A stretch of DNA of 62,407 nt, filler included, from Basidiobolus ranarum (GCA_040143965.1; 26 parts of 26 records of this genome joined end to end with filler, not necessarily neighbours in it), one strand, 5' to 3'; shown: positions 1-11,977, counted from the whole stretch's first letter. Numbers and translations are program-made. Notes: generated by a model from the letters alone, not told the origin.

Positions 1-139
1 TTTGAAAAATCTATATATCTGAGAACTTCTAAGTAAATTCCTTATGAGAATAATTGATAATATCTTAGTTCATTATAAGATAACTAAGTACTAAGCTATA
101 TATGACTATATAGGTGTTTAGGCAATGTTAATTTCAACA
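1..139 (-). mobile_element. Ty1/copia LTR fragment (family A)
   Basis: Matches 3533-3687, which directly follows a PPT and copia RNase H. Begins TGTTGAAATT on the minus strand. Confidence 0.8.
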
Positions 140-784
140 GTGTTCAGCAATACTCCACTCAACAGAATAGTAAGCATACACCCACAATATCTGTGAGAAT
201 CATAAGATCCAAATTGGATTTGAGTTACTTTCAAATTTCGGATTAGCCTTGCTAATTTACATATATTTTATATGTAATTTGGAACCAAGTATTATTGAAT
301 AACTTACAAATGAAAGATTTGTTGGCTGGTGCTACATTAGATATGTTCCCTTCTGTATTGCCAACTTCAATCATTACGACTCCCTTACTTAGAGCAGAAG
401 TCCGAAAACCCCTGGCCTCAGTGTTATGATCTGAATTCACCTTTCTCAACACAGTAGTTGCTTGAAAATAAGTCTAACGAGGCAATATTTTCCAACGTGA
501 TTAGTAGTAATAGAGTCATTCAGGAGGGTGGTTGTTATTGAGTGAAATGAAGTTTGGTAATGATTTTTGAGCAAATAGCTATTTGGTAGAAAATATTTTA
601 TATTTATTTACTTGATATATACTTGAAGTTAAAGATTAAAGCACTGTACTTGAAGCTAAACCGCAAATGTAAACATAACAATAATACGAATAAATATACT
701 GCATATGGTGAAGTACCATACTAACTGATAACACCGAATTGTACAAGCAAGATTAACACGGCTACTATTATATTTCTGCTATAT

Positions 785-1885
785 CTACAGTGCTCCCTGA
801 TGTAGCGCTGCTCTTTTCAAGTCACACTCCATAGTGGGCGTCAGCTGTACTCTTGTCATTGAAAGTCGCTCCAAGTATCTGTCATGCTTGGTGGCAAAAC
901 GAAGGGCAATTTCAGCAAACCTCTCACATAGCTCCTCGGCTATTCCAAGAGGATTCTTCAAATCTGACATCAACCCGGCAAAAAGTTTGGCCAGCTCTGT
1001 AAATCTGGTAGCATTACTCAGTGAATGAACGAAGTTTGTCGGACACTGCCGTCCGATGTTGAGTGCATCTTTCCCCAAGTCCATTCCCAATGTATCACAT
1101 AGAGCAGCAACATTGAACTTGTGCCAGTTGATTTGATCAAATTCAAATCCGTGGTAGTATAGTATCAAACTCAGAACACCGGCTGTCATCGTATCAAAAT
1201 TCCTGTAAATTCCAGCTCTCAACAAATCAGGCTCTTGTCTATACATCGAAACATAATGACAATCAACAGCATCCTTGAACCATTCACTGCCGGTGGTCTC
1301 TTGCTTCTCAAAGTATTGTATCCGCGCGGCAAAATGGATATTCTCCCTTGTATAGGTTAGCCACCTCTTGTCTCTCCCACTGCCCAACCGATGTACCCGC
1401 ACCAAGATCTCATCCAACGTCTCATCAAGGAATTTGTATGTTCCGTCTTCGACATCGGTGTAAGGTACACATATATCATCCAACGAGGTGGCGTACGCAA
1501 CAATCTTCGCGATGGTGTACCACAAGTCGTCATCACTGTGATTCATCCACATTGCCAGCCATTGAATACCATCGCGCATGCTGTATTTTTGTACATCGTA
1601 GATATTTGTATCCCCCTTTTTTGTATGAATAGTGTAGTCAAGCATTCGCACCTTCTCTCTCATGTCTGGTGCTTCCAAAGAAATTCGGTACAGACGATCA
1701 CATCTGGTAAGGAATTCAGTAGCATTTTCATGACACCGTTCAAGCTGCTCTGCAAAGAAGGCATGGCTTATCACGGGAATTTCACTGGCTTCCTTCAATT
1801 TTGCACCAAGATTATATACCTCACTGGGGCAGAAGGCTTTGGAGGCGAAGGAAAAACGGCATATTTGGTCTAATTCGATATCCAT
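785..1885 (-). CDS. Intronless 366-aa protein, putative non-canonical class I terpene cyclase / isoprenoid-synthase-fold enzyme
   Basis: Complete ATG-to-stop ORF that keeps its CpGs, with a TATA box upstream. Motifs in the order seen in class I terpene synthases: SLDDI (aa 134-138), YR (227-228), CDTLGMDLGKD (263-273), TNF (283-285), DRY (335-337). The gene is well supported; the function is inferred. Confidence 0.6.
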   Translation of the reverse strand: MDIELDQICRFSFASKAFCPSEVYNLGAKLKEASEIPVISHAFFAEQLERCHENATEFLTRCDRLYRISLEAPDMREKVRMLDYTIHTKKGDTNIYDVQKYSMRDGIQWLAMWMNHSDDDLWYTIAKIVAYATSLDDICVPYTDVEDGTYKFLDETLDEILVRVHRLGSGRDKRWLTYTRENIHFAARIQYFEKQETTGSEWFKDAVDCHYVSMYRQEPDLLRAGIYRNFDTMTAGVLSLILYYHGFEFDQINWHKFNVAALCDTLGMDLGKDALNIGRQCPTNFVHSLSNATRFTELAKLFAGLMSDLKNPLGIAEELCERFAEIALRFATKHDRYLERLSMTRVQLTPTMECDLKRAALHQGAL

Positions 1886-1961
1886 GATAACAAGTAGTGA
1901 TTGGTATTACTGGTGTAGTAAAGGTATTGTGTTGTGCCTAATCCATGGTTCAACGCGGTAC

Positions 1962-1968
1962 TTTTATA
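1962..1968 (-). promoter_or_regulatory. TATA box of the 366-aa gene
   Basis: TATAAAA on the minus strand about 80 bp upstream of the ATG at 1885. Confidence 0.5.
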
Positions 1969-2317
1969 TGAAAAGTGGACAAGTTAGGGGTTTAGGCTTC
2001 TTTAATTAATTAACAATTTGCCGTATTGAATATCGTACAGAGGCCGGTGGTTTACTGAACTATCGAGTTAGTGCCTTCAAGACTTAAATTCCTTTACTTA
2101 GTATTGATAGCTGCATACTAGGTAATATGGGCTGTTTAAGTAAAAGTGGTCTGGGAGCTTAGAGATATGAATTTCCATAAAACCATCTTGTTCTAATTAC
2201 ACGCACTTTCTGATTAACCCAGCTTGAATGGCCACATTTGGTATGATTTCAATGTCGTTGGATACTCCCGTATGGTTCCAGAGTCACGTTACGTTGAGAT
2301 TATTTTAACGTTGAGAT

Positions 2318-2417
2318 NNNNNNNNNNNNNNNNNNNNNNNNNNNNNNNNNNNNNNNNNNNNTTAATTAATTAANNNNNNNNNNNNNNNNNNNNNNNNNNN
2401 NNNNNNNNNNNNNNNNN
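2318..2417. other. Artificial contig linker (44 N + TTAATTAATTAA + 44 N), first of 25
   Basis: The same 100-bp spacer, with stops in all six frames, recurs at 4734, 7150, 9564, 11978, 14390, 16801, 19211, 21620, 24027, 26430, 28833, 31235, 33636, 36037, 38437, 40837, 43236, 45635, 48032, 50429, 52826, 55222, 57618 and 60013. Contig lengths never increase along the window. Confidence 0.99.
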
Positions 2418-2961
2418 GAACTGTTACTTGGTCATGTTAACCTGTCAAACAATCATCTTGATTGCATTCAACTCGATCGTTACCACCAACACATACTGGG
2501 CATTTTTGTTATGCATGTGGGTTTTGACCGCATGCTATGGTGGAGGTTTCGGAGTTATTCCCGCATTCTTGGCTGATATGTACGGACCTACTAATATTGG
2601 AGCCTGCCACGGCATCATTCTTACCGCTTGGTCTATTGCTGGTGTCGGAGGTGGATTGGTCTTCACTGCCGTGTTTCAATCACTTAAAGACACTCATGGC
2701 CCCAAGAGTCCAATTCTCTACTCTACAAACGTGTATTGGATTTTGGCATTTGTGGTGGTGGGACTAATTCTGTGCTGCTTTGTACGTGTTACCATTCAAG
2801 ATCGCCTATTCCCCGCTGTTCCAGGCCAAATCATTCGTTTTAGAGCATTTGGCAAGATCGTGCGCCTCGTCAAAGGAGAAAATGGGATGAGATTCGAAAA
2901 ATGCAGCAAAGAACAGGAACATGCCGAATGGACACAATTCTTGAATCAACGCTCTTCTTAA
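2418..2961 (+). CDS. MFS transporter, oxalate:formate antiporter (OFA)-like, 3' part
   Basis: CYGGGFGVIPAFLADMYG...GACHGIILTAWSIAGVGGG motif and several TM helices. Truncated at the 5' end by the contig edge. Confidence 0.85.
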
Positions 2962-3532
2962 AAATGTAACCCTTGAATAATATGTATTTATCTCAGTTCT
3001 ATTCAGCTTCATATTGTTCCTATTTATTAACCACTAACTTAAGGTTCATCTGCACATTTCCTCTGTAACTTTTTTGAAAATTCTCTAAAATATGTGCTTC
3101 ATTTGGCTCTTTTGTCAAGTCCAAGAGATAAAATTACGAGGGCAAGGTCAAGCACACGCGAGTCCCTATACTCAAAAACCACTAACAAAGAGATAAATCC
3201 AGATTCGAGTGTGAATTACAGTGCTGTTATATAATAAATCAAAATCCGTTCCAAATATCCACTGCTTGCTCCACGTTAAATCCGAGATTTTGGTCACGTC
3301 CTCAATTCATACATCTAGGTAACTTTTTTTTTGATCCAAACAACCAATTATTCATAGTCAACGTATCCATGTAAAATAGAGAGAAAGTAGTTAAGACCTT
3401 TTCTTTAAGGTGATATTGCAAAAGTGTCTAATAATCATGGCTATGTCTATCCACACAAATGGGAAAGCAAAACTCCGGACTTCGCTTCTTTGATAATTAT
3501 ATAGAAGTCCACTATATCATACTTGAGTAAAC

Positions 3533-4572
3533 GTTATGGAAATCTATATATCTGAGAACTTCTAAGTTGGTGAAAATATTTGAAGTTCCTATTGAGTACA
3601 ATGGATAACATCTTTGTGAAATATATGATACGTAAATAATAAGCTATATATGACTATATAGATGTTTAGGCAATGCTAATTTCAACACTCTCCCTCAACT
3701 AAATAATTGTATAAACTGATCTTAAGTAAGGTCTAAATTGCTCAAATTTCTGCCTAGCTAATGGTTACCCTGACACTTAATCATGTCTTCTGTAGAGCAA
3801 TAAGTTAAGTCAATAAACTTATTTTCTTTAATCTCTCCAATGAAGTGATGCTTAATATCTATATGTTTACTTCTATTATGAAACATAGGATATTTAGTTA
3901 ATTTGATACAACTTTGATTATCTTGAAATCTTGCAGTTGGTGAGTTTTGAGAATAATCTAAATCTGTTATGAGTTTTCTTAACCATATTGCTTCTTTTGT
4001 TGCTTCCAAGGCAGCCATGTATTCTGCTTCTGTTCTTTAAAGTGCTATGATAGGTTGTTTCTTTGAATTCCAAGAAATAGCTCCATTACAGCAAAGAAAT
4101 AAGAATCCTTTTGTAGATCTCCTGTCTTAAATATCTCTTCCCCAATTTGCATCTGAATATCCCATCTGATCAAAATCTGATCCAGAATATATGTATTTTA
4201 AGCCCAGATCCCCAATACCTTTCAAATTTCTGAAAATCTGCTTAGCTGCTATGATTTGACCATTTCTTTAATTTTGAAGATATTGGCACATAACTGCCAC
4301 AGAATATGCAATATCTAGCCATGTTCCAACCATGATATATATTAAACTATCAACCATACATTGCTAAGAAAATTTCTGGCTTTCATTTGAATCCAAAAAC
4401 ATCTAATTTAAGCCATATTTTGTCCAGTTAAGATTTGTCTCCATTGAGGTAGATACTGGATTACATTCTTTCATTTTGAACTTCTTTGATACATCTAGTG
4501 TGTACTTAGACCGGTTCAAAGTTATTGTTTTGGTAGTTCTATTTTTCTTAATTTGGATTCCAAGATAGTATG
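3533..4572 (-). mobile_element. Degenerate Ty1/copia RT/RNase H, PPT and 3' LTR (family A)
   Basis: AEYMAALEATKEAIWLRKL...DNQSCIKL...RSKHIDIKHHFI. Purine tract (plus-strand ctctccctcaact, 3688-3700) followed by an LTR starting TG at 3687. Confidence 0.92.
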
Positions 4573-4733
4573 TGTCACAATAAGGAACTGGACAAGGACT
4601 GGGAACAACGACAAGAGGCTACAAGGCAGGAGAGTACTTGGGTGTAGACCACAAGACAAGACAAGACAGGACTGGACAAGGAAGATACTTTGGCAAGAAT
4701 CTTTATTGATAACTGGCGTTGATCAGACTGAGG
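4573..4733. mobile_element. Probable LTR terminus of another retroelement nested in the copia pol
   Basis: The copia RT is interrupted abruptly by TGTCACAA and a purine-rich sequence with gacaag repeats. Confidence 0.45.
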
Positions 4734-4833
4734 NNNNNNNNNNNNNNNNNNNNNNNNNNNNNNNNNNNNNNNNNNNNTTAATTAATTAANNNNNNNNNNN
4801 NNNNNNNNNNNNNNNNNNNNNNNNNNNNNNNNN

Positions 4834-7149
4834 AAGTAGATATGTCATTGCTGGAATAGATTACCCCATGGCTAAAACAATAATACTGCATATCTTTATC
4901 TATCTCACCAAGAGGTCTGTCTTGCTGCTTTCCTAAAAGTATCATCAGATTATCACACAAGCAAATTAGTGCAATTATAGAGGTACTTTCTCCGCGTCCA
5001 AGGATTGGGCTTTGTTGTGGTTGTTGTGCTCAAATGATGCAAAAACCTGTGAGCACATTGAAAAGAGCCCTTTGTTGGCAGGTTAATATACTCTGAAGTC
5101 TCCTTTACCCATTGCATTACATCCATCACAAATTTGGCCGATAAATTGTTAATCAGATTAGCATATGGTAAAACTGACAATTTCACATGGAGCATCATTT
5201 CACCACAGGTGGGCTCCATTATGAACTCCCAGAATATATAGCAGTGGCCTTCAATCTCTAAGCATTGTGAAATATGCAGCAGGGTATGTATTGAATACCG
5301 GCAGAGATTCAGTCTATCTTCTTTAAACCAATAATAAAGTTTTCATATTCAATTACAAAATCTTCACACAGTTGCTGTGTCTGCCTGAGATCTGTCAATG
5401 TAAGTTGATGCCATAAAAATATATTAACAATATTGGCAAACAACTGCCAATGTTGCCAATACTTACCTGGCAGAAAACTTTTCAAATTTCCACTTGAATA
5501 TATACAAATCCAATACTTCCAGTCTTTGCATTTGGATAAATGCCTAGATGTGTGGATATTGATGGGAGTCTTGGTAAAATATGGTGGTATCTTGACATTT
5601 CCAGCATTTTCCCAATTGATTCAAACTTTGATCCTATCTCAAATCGCTCATTCATATTGAATTTTCCACTATATAGCTGAGTAAGTATTATTGGAATGTT
5701 GTTGAATAGTAAGTGCCTAGTGCCTAATGGGAAGCTCTGGCTCTAGCTGATCCCATTTAGTATTATAATCTTAGGCTGATGGCTAATACCAAATTTGATG
5801 TTAGACTGACTGCTTGTTGAATTGTTATCAGTGATCATGTTGAAATCTGACTGGGCTCTTAATGGTAAAATCATGGAGTTTAGTGTTGTATTTGGTTAGT
5901 AGTAATGCAAATGCCTGATAGAGTAAACTCTATTGATTTGACAAAATTGACCCCAAGATAGTGCATTATGCCCATGAAAACCTCCAAGTTCACTCTTGAT
6001 GGTAAAATCATGAAGTTTAGTGTTGTATTTGGATAGTAGTAATGCATATGCCTGTTAGAGTAAACTCCATTGATTTGACAAAATTTACAGCAAGATAGTA
6101 ATTCATGCCCACAAAAACCTCCAAGTTTACAGATGGCAGGAGTGTCACCAATACATACAATGATATTAGCTTTAATAAAGTATTCACCCATCTGAACCCC
6201 ATTAGATAACCATTCAAATTCTGCAATCAAAGGCTTGAAGAAGCTATCCTTAAGCACTGGGGATTTAGGTCCAGATATGATGGATACTATCAAAATATTA
6301 TGACTCTTATACCATTCAGCAGGAGAATGATTGAAGTTTATTATAATTATTGGCCCGCAAGCTCTTCCAACAGTATATTTGTTTAGTGAGAAACCGTCCA
6401 AAGCCAATGTAAATGCATGATTATACGTTTTTTCAAAGAAACCTTGACTTTTCAGATTCTGACAGTGATATCCATCAAGTATATTAGTGATACCATCAGC
6501 TTTATGGTGAGTGCTTTGGTATTGGATCCATGATCTATATTTGAGTGATTTCAGCAAAACTTTAAGACAGGGAATCAATGGTATGTAAGCCAAATATGAA
6601 TGATATTTGCCTGATTTAGTGATTGCCAATTGTGTGCAAACAGTACATGACTTCAGGTCTTTCAGATCACCAGTAAAAGCCAAGTAACCATTTGGACATT
6701 AAGGTAGTTTATTTACTGAAGAATTATAAGTCCTACAATTGACAAGTGTTTTCCACTTGCACCAGGTCTGTGGCAAGCAACAGTTGCCAATCAACTGTGG
6801 CAAAAGCGTAAGAAAACCAATAAACAACTGGTTGCTAAGATTGGATTGAACTCTTTACTCATCAATAATCAAAGCTGCTTTCTTTACAGTAAGTGTTAAG
6901 TGTGGACTAATGTTTGCCATCAACAAAGAGTCTGTAACCAAACCATCATCTTCTTCTTCAACTTCTGATATACTACCATTGGTACTGGAATAACCAAGGT
7001 CAACATCCAGTAGCAAGTCCTCAAAGTGGTCTGAACTTACTGGTCTGAACAAAGTTACACTTTGACCTACATTATTCTGGTCATATAACTGTGATAACTC
7101 CATGGTATCTTGTCTTTTGGCGGGGTTACCAACACTTTGAGGCAATCTA
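4834..7149 (-). mobile_element. Degenerate CACTA/EnSpm (Transposase_21/Tnp2-like) transposase
   Basis: LALDGF...PIIIIN...IISGPKSP...SFFKPLIAE...CIGDTPAICKLGGFCGH...CKFC motifs, broken by stops and frameshifts. Confidence 0.85.
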
Positions 7150-7249
7150 NNNNNNNNNNNNNNNNNNNNNNNNNNNNNNNNNNNNNNNNNNNNTTAATTA
7201 ATTAANNNNNNNNNNNNNNNNNNNNNNNNNNNNNNNNNNNNNNNNNNNN

Positions 7250-7644
7250 CTTTGATTGCCATCTTCGCTCCTCGTGGCTTCGATGACAAGTCAGCTGGCT
7301 ATGCCACCATTGCTTTGATCTACTTGTTTGTTGCATTCTTCGCCTGTACCTGGGGACCTATTGGTTGGATTTACCCATCAGAAATCTACTCGACCCGTGT
7401 CCGTGCCAAGTGCATGAGTATTACTACCGCTTCTAACTGGGCCTTCAACTTCATCATTGCTCTTGTCGTTCCACCTTTGATCAACTCCATTAGCTGGGGA
7501 TTGTATATCATCTTTGGAGCATGCGGTGTCCTTATGTTCATCTTTGTGTACTTCTTTGTGCCTGAGACTAAAGGAAAGAGTTTGGAACAGATTGATCATA
7601 TGTTTGGAGGTCGTGTTTATGCTGAAGAGAAGGCCAAAGTTTAA
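7250..7644 (+). CDS. Sugar porter (hexose transporter), 3' end
   Basis: TWGPIGWIYPSEIY, ASNWAFNF and PETKGKSLEQID motifs. Confidence 0.95.
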
Positions 7645-8901
7645 AACGACTAGACCACATGTGACGCTTATATAATATCCATCCCTGTAACTAGAAATGT
7701 ACATATTTTTTATATCTCAATATTAATAAATCATATTATCATAAAATATTCACTCTAGGAGCCTTCATTTTTAATCGTGAAACTAGTATCGGAGGATTTC
7801 TTTAGATAGCGTTCGTTAAACGACATGCACTTAAACAGATATTTTATTAGTGTTTTTGAACTAGATCAATCCGACACCATTTGTGGAATTTCACATACTT
7901 TATACGTAGATAGTATCTCTCACAGATTGGAATGACACTGACTGACAACAGATGATCTACGTGGGAAGTTTGTTGGAGAAGGTTAGTATCCCGGTTACGG
8001 AATTCGCACACTTCGAGGTCATAGATGAAGTCGCAAAACAAGGTTTAAGTTTTCGTATGACAATGACAACGTTGCACGGAATAATTAATTTGAAAAGGAA
8101 AGAGGTGGAAGGCATGGTCGTGGCGAGCTCTTTGATAAATTTGTAGACACAATACAATAATACTTGGGGACTGAAAATGTAAACAAAGTTGTTGAAAGGT
8201 ATTTGATTTATTAGTGTTTCACTTTTATTAATATTGTCACCATATTCACTATTTCTTGCAGTAATAGCTGATAAAAATGAAAACTTTACCTACTATCAAT
8301 TCCAATTGCTTATTTAAGCTTTCAGCATGTGAGATTTAACTCACCAAACCGAAGATTGTGAAAAAATATCACGTGCAGGATTCGAACTTGAATCAGATTT
8401 TCATCGTGAGAGCAGTATAAGAAACAGTACTAGGCCGGGAAACAAAAGTCTATGGAGAACATTTCTCATGTGACCGGCCAGAGTTGAAGCGCTTGCCATA
8501 ATCAGTTGGCTAAGTGTTCACCAAAGCATGAATAATTTTAAGATTTGCCATATAGAGTACGCCATGCTAACATTCTGTGTTTGCTCAGGCAAGTTTCCAT
8601 TTAAAATCAGGGAATATTCTAAACCATTTTTATAATATACTTAAAGAATCTAGATCTTTATCACCAATGAATTCCAAGAGTTCGGAATTCATCTTTCAAG
8701 TTCAATTTGAATTTTGCCAATCAATAACACTGTCTATGATCGTAAATAGAATGATCTTACTAGTACGGTACCAAGGTTTCAGAAAATATTGTTCTACTTG
8801 TATGGAATAACCAAATTGGGTCGAAAACCAGCGGGGAGTTATGCACCTTCCATAAACAAAGTTAGGCCTTAAGCCACCATCTAGCCCTTTAAACGGCACG
8901 C

Positions 8902-8909
8902 TATATAAA
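8902..8909 (+). promoter_or_regulatory. TATA box of the sugar porter
   Basis: TATATAAA about 55 bp upstream of the ATG at 8961. Confidence 0.5.
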
Positions 8910-8960
8910 GCCAAGGTAAGTCTCTACAGAAGATCATAAAACATTTACAATTATCATACT

Positions 8961-9563
8961 ATGGGTGTATTAGTATATCTCGCTGCTTCAGCTGCTGCTA
9001 TCGGAGGTTTCCTCTTTGGTTACGATGTGGGGGTTATCAGTGGTGTTCTGATCATGGATCCTTTCGAGGACCGCTTTGGTTATGCTCACAATTCTTTGTT
9101 GAAAGGCTTCATCGTCAGTAGTCTTGTGCTGGGCTGTTTCTTCGGCTCATTAGCTGCTTCATACTTGGCTGATCGTTTTGGCCGTAAAATCAGTATTATC
9201 ATTGGAGGTACCCTGTTTACTATTGGTGGTGCTCTTCAAGCTTCTTCATTCGAGATTGGACAGCTACTCGTTGGACGTATCGTTGCAGGTCTGGCTATTG
9301 GTGTGTTATCTATGGTTGTCCCATTGTATCAATCAGAAATCGCACCCAAAGAAATCCGTGGTACTCTTGTGTCGATGCAACAGCTTGCCATCACCATTGG
9401 TATCTTTGTCAGTTTCTTGATCAACCTTGGATGTGCTAAGATCGAAGGAGGGGCCAGTTGGAGAATCCCACTTGGTATTCAGTGTGTCCCAGCTGCTACC
9501 TTGGCATTGGTCATGCTGATGCTTCCCAAATCCCCACGTTGGCTCACATCCAAAGGACGTACT
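8961..9563 (+). CDS. Sugar porter (hexose transporter), 5' half
   Basis: GGFLFGYDVGVISG, DRFGRK, PLYQSEIAPKEIRG, QQLAITIGI and PKSPRWL motifs. Truncated by the contig end. Confidence 0.95.
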
Positions 9564-10010
9564 NNNNNNNNNNNNNNNNNNNNNNNNNNNNNNNNNNNNN
9601 NNNNNNNTTAATTAATTAANNNNNNNNNNNNNNNNNNNNNNNNNNNNNNNNNNNNNNNNNNNNGAAAAACCAGAAAGAGGATGGCCTGCACTCTCATGCA
9701 TCATAGTGCACAATTTCCCTGATTCAACCAAACCAACCAGTGAGCTTTTTACATCTGGAGAAGAGTCAGCTCCAAGGAGCATGCAACCAGGAAGACATAC
9801 CAGTTTAATGTATACTACCATGCAACAGCAACAAAGGCCAACTGCAAAAATTATTGAACCTTTCACTTTGTTAGATGAAGATCTGACACCTGAGAGCAAT
9901 CTACTTAGACACCAATCTGTTACAATGTGTATCACCATGAGACCAAGACAACAGGTGTTTGAGGGAGATAGTGAAGCTCTTACTGAGCTTGAAGAAGCCA
10001 CAACAGTTAA

Positions 10011-10290
10011 ACACAAACCTCAAGGTAGAAATATGTTCCAACATGTTCCATCATACAACAGAGGTCACAGCAGCCAGTCAAAAGAGATGAAGCTTCTACC
10101 ATTGTTGAAGAGGCACGAGTGGCCAAACACAAACCTCAAGGTAGATGACTTGCTCCAGCATGTACTGAAATGTGACCACAGCAATGGCCAGTCAAAAGAG
10201 ATGAAGCTTCCACTGTGGTTGGAGAAGCAATAACCACCAAACATGAATCACAGGGTAGACAACTTCCTGCAACACATACTGCCATGCTTA
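10011..10290 (+). repeat. Imperfect tandem repeat of about 115 bp (about 2.5 copies) inside a low-complexity ORF
   Basis: cacaaacctcaaggtaga...gccagtcaaaagagatgaagctt occurs twice, followed by a partial third copy. Confidence 0.7.
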
Positions 10291-10991
10291 TTCCTAATTG
10301 CTCCTCAAGTGATCCACAGGGATAAATATGATTAGGGAGACTATCACCTACAATAAAATTTTATCCATTTCTGGTATTTTGTCATTGGCTGATTCTGGTT
10401 GGTTGGCAAGTTTCTTGACACCATTTCCATATGTCACAATATCTGAGTCCTCAAATCATTGAGAGCTTAAGAAGCACTTTTGTTGTATCATCAAGTGAGC
10501 AGGCCCTTTTTGGTCATGATGTTCCACTGTGATTTCCCATGCATTCTTGGCCAAGTCAGCATCTCTGACTATATGGGTTGTTGTATTCCCAGTCTCAGAA
10601 ATATATCCTCAAGTGCCAAACTGCCTTTTCCTTTTAATGTTGCCCTGGCTTCCTCATACGCTGGCTTCATTGCTCCAGTGTCAGAATCTATACTTTCTTC
10701 TTATTCATCTGATCAAACTTTTTGCTTACCATGTTTCCCAACAAGAACAAGTAGCATCTTGAATTCCCGTTCTTGCAATTCTTCTCTATTTAACATTAGA
10801 ATCTTAGTACCTGCTTTTGGATTGATGACTCTAACTTACTTACTGCTGCCATGTTGCAGGATGCTTAAATAGTGGAAGTTGACTTTGTATCTTGGAGGCA
10901 ACTTGTAACTGTATTACAGTTGCCTTATCTTTACAAGAATGAGACACCTTATATAGTAGAAGCGTAAATCAATTGTATGAGATATTCAAGA

Positions 10992-11977
10992 CCCTAACAA
11001 AAATTGATCCAGATTGGATCCACCCTTGTGGAGCACAAAACTGTTGGAGGACCATTGCAGTATTGGTGGCTTGTATCTTGCCAGAGATCTTGATGGTGAG
11101 ATGGTAGCTTCTTAGTAGTATTATCATGGTAATCATACATGGTGAAATATTGATCCTCATACTTGGCATGCATTACATGATTTTCAACAACTTTGGAAAA
11201 AACCAATTTGAATTTGGCAAATTACTGGGTTTACTCCCACAGGGATTTGAATTAATATGCATGCCTTTATATGTATACTTCAGGCTTTGTATTCCAGCCA
11301 TTATGAGAATCAAAAATACAAGAAGCTTGTGTTTAATCTCTACATATGCACATACTTGGCTGATCAGTCATAACTGAACAATAATATTCTTTACCAACAA
11401 ACTAATTGTAGAAAAAATTGCTAAACATAAGAAATTAAAAGTAGCACAGACACTTGGCAAATAGCTGACTCTGATTACCATTGACAATGAGAATAAGCTC
11501 TTGGATTTTGGCAAATTACCATAAAGAATTTAGCCAAAATATACCCAACTTGCAGTCAACAAATGTCCTGCCACAAGTACATGTGTCATTACTTGAATAG
11601 ATAACCTCATGGCTAAATCATCCAATTAAATATCACAATCTATCTCACCATGAAGTCTGTCTAGCAGCTTTTCTAGAAATACCATCAGATAATCACACAA
11701 ACAAAATAGTATGAATTATAGAGATACCTATGCCATGTACATGGATTGGGTTTGTTGCGTTTATTGTGCCCAAACAAAGCAAAAACCCATGGTCACATTG
11801 AAAAGAGCCCTTTGATGGAAGATTACATAGTCTGGAGTCTCCATAATCATGTCATTACATCCATCTCTGATTTTGCTGATATATTGTTAATCAGATTAGC
11901 ATATGGTAATACTGATAATTTCACATGGAGCATCATTTCACTGCAGGCACACTTCATTGGGAACTCCCAGAGTGTAT
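10992..11977 (-). mobile_element. CACTA-like element end B plus transposase 3' region
   Basis: Starts CCCTAACAAAAATTGATCCAGATTGGATCCACCC and is continuous with sequence homologous to 4834-5240. Confidence 0.85.

Noticed and set aside
1348-1873. Plus-strand ORFs (94 and 160 aa) overlapping the 366-aa gene, and similar antisense ORFs in 26530-28832 and 60113-62407
   Set aside because: Shadow ORFs on the opposite strand of real genes, with no motifs.
1984-1997. Telomere-like TTAGGGGTTTAGG
   Set aside because: Only two imperfect units and internal to the contig.
2362-2373. Regularly spaced TTAATTAATTAA palindromes about every 2.4 kb
   Set aside because: Artificial six-frame-stop linkers inside N runs. 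ORFs ending XXX-LIN or XXX-N are artefacts of these linkers.
10992-11000. piggyBac assignment for the CCC-starting termini
   Set aside because: No consistent TTAA flanks, and the linked transposase has CACTA/Tnp2 motifs.
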